Assembly (NCBI GenBank): GCA_016845205.1
Contig: JAERTA010000068.1
Span: forward strand, 1-56,321
Source of the DNA: Gammaproteobacteria bacterium
Lineage (GTDB): Bacteria > Pseudomonadota > Gammaproteobacteria > PS1 > Pseudothioglobaceae
Length of the DNA stretch: 56,321 nt
Reading direction: 5' to 3'
Below the pieces are notes generated by a model. That model made no database searches. It was given only the letters and a program-made list of their open reading frames with translations, and was not told the DNA's origin. This document shows positions 50,165 to 56,321 of this stretch, in pieces. A program made the translations under genes and the position numbers. Positions within the stretch are counted from its first letter, which is position 1. Every line of letters starts with the position of its first letter.

Positions 50165-52014
50165 ATCGACAACTCCTCTAGCTTCTTACCGCCATAAATT
50201 TTATTAACAATCGCTCTAGATACAATAATAGCCGTAAACATTGAAGTGACGATGCCGATTGATAGCGTAATGGCAAAGCCTTTAATCGGGCCTGTGCCAA
50301 AGCTAAACAACACCAAGGCTGCAATTAGCGTGGTAATGTTCGCATCTGCAATCGTCAGTATTGCTTTATCATAACCACTTGAAATGGCTTTTTGAATATT
50401 GCTATTTGTATTCAACTCTTCTTTAATACGCTCAAAAATCAGTACATTAGCATCAACTGCCATACCAACCGTTAATACAATACCGGCAATACCTGGCAAC
50501 GTCAATGTGGCTTGTAGGAGTGACAACACGGCCACAATCATTACCAAATTAAGCGTTAAAGCAACATTAGCCACCATGCCAAATACTCGATAACGTACCA
50601 CCATAAATATCAATACCAAAACAAAACCAGCAATTACTGACAATACACCTTTTTCAATATTGTCTGCGCCCAGACTAGGGCCAATGGTGCGCTCCTCAAT
50701 AATCTCAATCGGTGCTGATAATGAACCCGCTCTAAGTAGTAGTGCTAAGTTACGCGCTTCACGTGCGCTGTCAATACCGGTAATCTGAAAACGCGATGAG
50801 AAAGTGCCTTGAATCGTCGCAGCATTAATAATGTCTTTCGTGGTTGAGCGTTTTTTAACAATCTTGCCGTCAACAAGCGAACTCTCGACCTTATTCTCAA
50901 TAAATACGACCGCCATACGATGGTGCAAATACTTTTTGGTAGTATCTAACATTGCACGACCACCTGAATTGTCTAAAGTAATGTTCACCATTGGAATGTT
51001 GTTTTCTTGGTCAATGCCCGAAGCAGCGCCAGTAATATTTTCACCTGTGGCAATCACACGAGTTTTTAGTAATAAAGGTCGCCCATCTTTAAAATAATAA
51101 AGCTTTGAGCCAATCGGCGTTCTGCCAGATTGGATTGCTGTTTGAGGGTCATTTTTTTCATCGACCAGTCTAAATTCTAACGTTGCCACTGCGCCTAAAA
51201 TCTCTTTAGCTCTAGCAGTATCTTGCACACCTGGTAGTTGTACTACAATACGCTCTAGACCTTGTTGTTGAATAATTGGCTCAGCCACACCCAGCTCATT
51301 TACTCGATTTCTCAACGTGGTAATATTTTGTTTTAATGCGCTTGTTTTAGCCACTTTTTTAGCTTCATCGCTAATACCTACTTGAATCAATAATGCATCT
51401 TGACTATCTGTTTCTAAAACAACCAAATCAGTTAAATCTGACTTAATAATTTCCAATACCTTGTCTTTTGATTCAGCCGTTTTAAGATAAATAGCAATAC
51501 TCTCGCCTTCTTTCTTAATACTCTTATACAAGCGGTCTTTACGCAACAAAGTACGCAACTCGTTATAATATTTATCAACAGACATTGATAACACTGCCTG
51601 CATGTCCACTTCTAATAAGAAATGCACACCGCCCCTAAGATCCAAACCAAGCGACATGGCTTTACCACCTAAGTCCGATAACCACAATGGAATTGCAGGT
51701 GCTAGATTAAGTGCCACTACATAGTTACGACCCAACTCTGCTTTTAATAAATCTTTCGCCGATAACTGAGACTCATTATTATCAAAACGCACCAAAATTC
51801 GACGATTTGATAATCCAGCCGACTTATATTGAATATTTTTTGCTTTTAGCGTGTCTGTGATTTTGGTTAAATCAGTTTGCTCAATAGCCGAATCACCAGC
51901 ACTAGAAACTTGCACCGCCAAATCTGAACCAAAAATATTTGGCAAGGCATAAAGCGCTGATAATAACAAGAAAAAGGCGATTAACGCATTTCTCAAACCT
52001 GAGTAATGATTCAT
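50161..52014 (-). CDS. secD: Protein translocase subunit SecD
   Basis: 617 aa. LGLDLRGG motif, a large periplasmic domain, and an RND-like C-terminal TM bundle. Confidence 0.9.
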   Translation of the reverse strand: MNHYSGLRNALIAFFLLLSALYALPNIFGSDLAVQVSSAGDSAIEQTDLTKITDTLKAKNIQYKSAGLSNRRILVRFDNNESQLSAKDLLKAELGRNYVVALNLAPAIPLWLSDLGGKAMSLGLDLRGGVHFLLEVDMQAVLSMSVDKYYNELRTLLRKDRLYKSIKKEGESIAIYLKTAESKDKVLEIIKSDLTDLVVLETDSQDALLIQVGISDEAKKVAKTSALKQNITTLRNRVNELGVAEPIIQQQGLERIVVQLPGVQDTARAKEILGAVATLEFRLVDEKNDPQTAIQSGRTPIGSKLYYFKDGRPLLLKTRVIATGENITGAASGIDQENNIPMVNITLDNSGGRAMLDTTKKYLHHRMAVVFIENKVESSLVDGKIVKKRSTTKDIINAATIQGTFSSRFQITGIDSAREARNLALLLRAGSLSAPIEIIEERTIGPSLGADNIEKGVLSVIAGFVLVLIFMVVRYRVFGMVANVALTLNLVMIVAVLSLLQATLTLPGIAGIVLTVGMAVDANVLIFERIKEELNTNSNIQKAISSGYDKAILTIADANITTLIAALVLFSFGTGPIKGFAITLSIGIVTSMFTAIIVSRAIVNKIYGGKKLEELSI

Positions 52015-52035
52015 GGGTTTATTTATACCTGAAAG

Positions 52036-52377
52036 TTAAATCTTAACACTACCTTTTGGCAGCTTTTGATTAATGCCTTGCTTTTGTACTTTAATGATCA
52101 CACCATCAGCAATCTCAGCGGTTGCAAAAGACTCATCAACTGAGATCACCTTGGCAACAACGCCGCCATTCGTCACCACTTCATCGCCCGCCTTTAATGC
52201 TGCTAAAAGCGCCTTATGATCTTTGGCGCGTTTTTGCTGAGGTCTGATTAATAAAAAGTAAAAAATTACAAACAATAGCACCATAGGTATAAGTTCGCCC
52301 AAACCAGAGCCTGAAATGGTTGATGTCGCGTCGCCTTCGGCAAATGCAGGTGGTATGATTAAGTCTAATAAGTTCAT
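52036..52377 (-). CDS. yajC: Preprotein translocase subunit YajC
   Basis: FYFLLIRPQQKR motif. Lies upstream of secDF. Confidence 0.9.
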   Translation of the reverse strand: MNLLDLIIPPAFAEGDATSTISGSGLGELIPMVLLFVIFYFLLIRPQQKRAKDHKALLAALKAGDEVVTNGGVVAKVISVDESFATAEIADGVIIKVQKQGINQKLPKGSVKI

Positions 52378-52408
52378 TGTTTTCTCCTAATAAAAGATAA
52401 ATAGATAA

Positions 52409-53716
<1,308 letters not shown>

Positions 53717-53779
53717 TTATATAGATTGAATACCGATTAATAACCGTATTCACTTAAAAACTTATTAAGGGATTATACT

Positions 53780-54067
53780 ATGTTCAATTCATTTTCAGGA
53801 AACGATGCTTGCAAACTATTGGCCGAAGGCGCGCAATTGGTTGATGTTCGTTCGTCTGCTGAATTTGCACGTGGTGCATTACCCGATGCTATCAACTTAC
53901 CGTTGCAATCAATCATGAGTGCCAAGAATATCCTTGACGAAGACAAGGCGATTATATTGTATTGTGTTACAGGTGCTCGTTCATCAACGGCTAAAAACTA
54001 TTTAGTGCAAATGGGCTTTGACAACGTCAACGATTTAGGCTCTTTCAGAAACTACAACTGCGAGTAA
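53780..54067 (+). CDS. Single-domain rhodanese (sulfurtransferase)
   Basis: 95 aa. Active-site loop YCVTGARS and a typical DVRS..EF N-terminal motif. Confidence 0.8.
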   Translation: MFNSFSGNDACKLLAEGAQLVDVRSSAEFARGALPDAINLPLQSIMSAKNILDEDKAIILYCVTGARSSTAKNYLVQMGFDNVNDLGSFRNYNCE

Positions 54068-54091
54068 ACCACTAAGTGATAAAATTAACTT

Positions 54092-54757
54092 GTGAGAGTT
54101 AAAAGCAAGTGGCATAAAACCCAAGTTAAAACCATTGAAGATATCGGTGGCGCGATGGCGTTTATTTGCTGGCGTATTACCAAAAACCATCTTGAAGATT
54201 TGATTAACGAAGGCTTTGTGATTGAAAAAGAACAAGTCTTTGATGTGATCGCTGAATACTTGTGCTTTCTTATCCAATCTATTGATCGCCTTGTTTTTAA
54301 AACACTGAGTGCTGAACAACGACAAGAGTTGATCAACAAACTCGCCAAACAATCTGCCTTTTATTACCAAGAAAACAAAGAAGACCGTATCGGAAAAGGC
54401 AACCATTGGAAGGCATTTGTTAATACCTACAATCAGCGCTCACAAGATTATTCAGATTATGACTTTGTTGGCGCTGAGCCTGATTATCATTTTTTAAGAT
54501 ATTTTGCTGAAAAGGTCAAATTAGCAATGACCGATGTCGATGAAAAATGGATCGTACAACAAATGATTGAAATTCAAGCACCAAAAGCCTTTAAAAAAAT
54601 TAGCGAAAGTGTTGATGATTTGGTTAATGTTAAGAGCATTATCAGCAAAGAGGAACAAATCAAACGCAAAAAAGAAAAAATCCCGCGTTCAAAACGAAAA
54701 TCAACACGACAAAATACCATTATCAAAAACGAATCTTCTAGCGATCATATTACCTGA
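54092..54757 (+). CDS. Hypothetical protein with a basic C-terminal tail
   Basis: ORF between the rhodanese gene and trxC. Start ambiguous (GTG at 54092 or ATG at 54155). No family recognised. Confidence 0.45.
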   Translation: MRVKSKWHKTQVKTIEDIGGAMAFICWRITKNHLEDLINEGFVIEKEQVFDVIAEYLCFLIQSIDRLVFKTLSAEQRQELINKLAKQSAFYYQENKEDRIGKGNHWKAFVNTYNQRSQDYSDYDFVGAEPDYHFLRYFAEKVKLAMTDVDEKWIVQQMIEIQAPKAFKKISESVDDLVNVKSIISKEEQIKRKKEKIPRSKRKSTRQNTIIKNESSSDHIT

Positions 54758-54820
54758 CTTGTAATCCATGCAACAAGTCCATAAATACCTCTTATAGTTA
54801 ATAAATAATTAGGAGATATT

Positions 54821-55243
54821 ATGATTACCATGTGTACGAGTTGCGGTGGACTTAACAAAATCCCTGCTGATAAATTAAAAAACAATCCAAACTGTGGAAA
54901 ATGCAAAAACCCGCTCTATAAGGGTGAACCAATCTCTATGACTGGCGTTCAACTGTCGCGCGCTATCGAAAAAACTGACGAACTATTAGTGGTAGATTTT
55001 TGGGCAACTTGGTGTGGCCCTTGTCAGCAATTTGCCCCAACTTTTAAACAAGCCGCCAATCAGTTGGAACCAAAAGCTCGATTTATTAAAATTGAAACTG
55101 AAGCTGAACAAGCCATTTCTGCTAAATACAATATTCGCTCAATTCCAACCTTAGTGATGTTTAAAAATGGCAAGGAAATTGATCGTGTATCGGGCGCATT
55201 AGCTCCGCAAGATTTTACTAATTGGGTTAATCAGCATACTTAA
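54821..55243 (+). CDS. trxC: Thioredoxin 2 (zinc-finger thioredoxin)
   Basis: N-terminal CxxC...CxxC zinc finger (CTSCGG...CGKCKN) followed by the WCGPC active site. Confidence 0.85.
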   Translation: MITMCTSCGGLNKIPADKLKNNPNCGKCKNPLYKGEPISMTGVQLSRAIEKTDELLVVDFWATWCGPCQQFAPTFKQAANQLEPKARFIKIETEAEQAISAKYNIRSIPTLVMFKNGKEIDRVSGALAPQDFTNWVNQHT

Positions 55244-55445
55244 AACTCAAAAATATAGTCATTCGTAAAATTTGCTAATTTTTTACAAATGTGGGAATAA
55301 ATTGCCATTTTTATAGAAAATATCATTTAAAAATGGTTGTTTTTGGCTGAATTTATGAGTTTTTAAAGGTCATTCGCATTATTTCTGAAATTTTTAACCA
55401 CTGAAATCCTCTTCAAAAATTTTCCAAATTTTTGCTTTAGGCTCT

Positions 55446-55475
55446 GATACTTTTCTACTTGTTTAGAAAAGTATC
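55446..55475. repeat. Perfect 12-bp inverted repeat with a 6-nt spacer
   Basis: GATACTTTTCTA-CTTGTT-TAGAAAAGTATC, read directly from the sequence in the 470-nt non-coding gap. Confidence 0.6.
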
Positions 55476-55624
55476 CAAAAGACAACACCCCTTACAAAAT
55501 TACCAATTCACACTGAATCTCATTCGTTGTATTTTCTAAACTCGTCATCTTTAATGACTCAAACACCGAAAATACCACCACTCATTTCAATAAGTGTTTA
55601 TTGATGAATTTTATAAAGGGTAAT

Positions 55625-55657
55625 AAAAACCCAAATAGGTTGTTCACTTGGGTTTTT
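55625..55657. terminator. Candidate bidirectional intrinsic terminator
   Basis: AAAAACCCAA-13 nt-TTGGGTTTTT, a stem flanked by an A-run and a T-run. Lies 58 nt downstream of the minus-strand ORF that ends at 55716. Confidence 0.5.
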
Positions 55658-55715
55658 GATAAAGCTAATTTAATGTACTATATCGAAATTAAAGGCAGTG
55701 TCACGGTTTATTTAT

Positions 55716-56006
55716 CTATCTTCGCTCAATTTTATAAAACCATTCTTTAGAACTATAAACATTAACCCCACGAGAGTAGTATGTAATTTTTTCACCCGGA
55801 TAAAGATCTTTTACATATCCAACGGCCAACTGATAATCTCCAGTATGATTAGAAGTGCACTTAATAGGGCTACCTTGTCCTTCAATATAAACCTTTAAGA
55901 TACGCCCATCATCTTCATAGTGTTTAAAAATTGCTTCAGTCGTAGATTCGGCGCTCCAGTTAACCGAACCACTGTTACTATTAATAGATTCTTTCATTCT
56001 AGACAT
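55716..56006 (-). CDS. Hypothetical small protein (96 aa)
   Basis: ORF only. Shares a C-terminal Y-[SP]-S-x-x-W-F motif with the upstream ORF. Confidence 0.4.
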   Translation of the reverse strand: MSRMKESINSNSGSVNWSAESTTEAIFKHYEDDGRILKVYIEGQGSPIKCTSNHTGDYQLAVGYVKDLYPGEKITYYSRGVNVYSSKEWFYKIERR

Positions 56007-56016
56007 AATTTTCTTC

Positions 56017-56321
56017 CTATTTTAAATATACGTTTGCAAACCATTGGTCACTTGGGTAGTTTCCCCACACATCAGTAACCACCTCTCTTCCAACAAGATT
56101 GTCAATAATTGATTTTCTCTTTTCAGCACCACTCCAATTATTTCTTACTGATGTTCCATCATCAAAATACAGAACAACGCCTTGAACAAGGCCTCTATTT
56201 TTAGTATGCATTTCTTGAAGCTCTACATTCATGAGAATTTTTCTAGGCCTTCTTGTAACAGCCTCGCCAGGTCTAGCCTGCTCTATCAACTCAGTTACTT
56301 TTGTTTCGAGCTTATTATTGT
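56017..56321 (-). CDS. Hypothetical protein, probably 5'-truncated by the window edge
   Basis: The reading frame stays open from the track's TTG (56289) to the last base of the window (upstream residues ...NNKLETKVTE). Confidence 0.4.
   Translation of the reverse strand, partial: NNKLETKVTELIEQARPGEAVTRRPRKILMNVELQEMHTKNRGLVQGVVLYFDDGTSVRNNWSGAEKRKSIIDNLVGREVVTDVWGNYPSDQWFANVYLK

Overview
AT-rich, almost fully coding chromosomal window. By inference it comes from a gammaproteobacterial sulfur-oxidising chemolithoautotroph (Thiomicrospira/Hydrogenovibrio-like). The flanks are ordinary housekeeping genes. Left flank: purH fragment, dbpA, 6S RNA-ygfA, ubiH-like, pmbA, corC, rnfH, hisA, yifB, tsaD, lptB, birA, dgkA, truA. 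Right flank: rimM-rpsP, purB, acnB, rpmBG, tRNA-Ser, pirin, ald, pyrE, xthA, trmB, fxsA, folC-cvpA-purF, metZ, fabAB, secDF-yajC, serS, rhodanese, trxC. The centre (about 15.8-31.8 kb, all on the minus strand) is the distinctive part: a complete alpha-carboxysome / CO2-concentrating supercluster. In transcription order it reads cbbL, cbbS, one csoS1 shell gene, csoS2, csoSCA, csoS4A, csoS4B, a ferritin-like gene with intact di-iron ligands, a pterin-dehydratase-like (acRAF-type) gene and a ParA-type ATPase (McdA-like). Next come two tandem copies of a 79-aa Lys-rich pentapeptide-repeat protein (McdB-like; the copies differ only by silent changes), then cbbO-cbbQ (Rubisco activase), a SulP transporter and an SLC13-like permease with two TrkA-C domains. 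At family level the carboxysome is a known system. The least-explained parts are the duplicated Lys-rich adaptor, the ferritin-like gene, the SLC13/TrkA-C permease and some CsoS2 peculiarities (an N-terminal Cys cluster and an in-frame A9 slippery tract). Other calls absent from the ORF track are a 6S RNA upstream of ygfA, rpmG (L33), tRNA-Ser(UGA) and two intrinsic terminators. No CRISPR array, transposase or integrase was seen. All assignments rest on motif and synteny recognition by eye; no searches were run.
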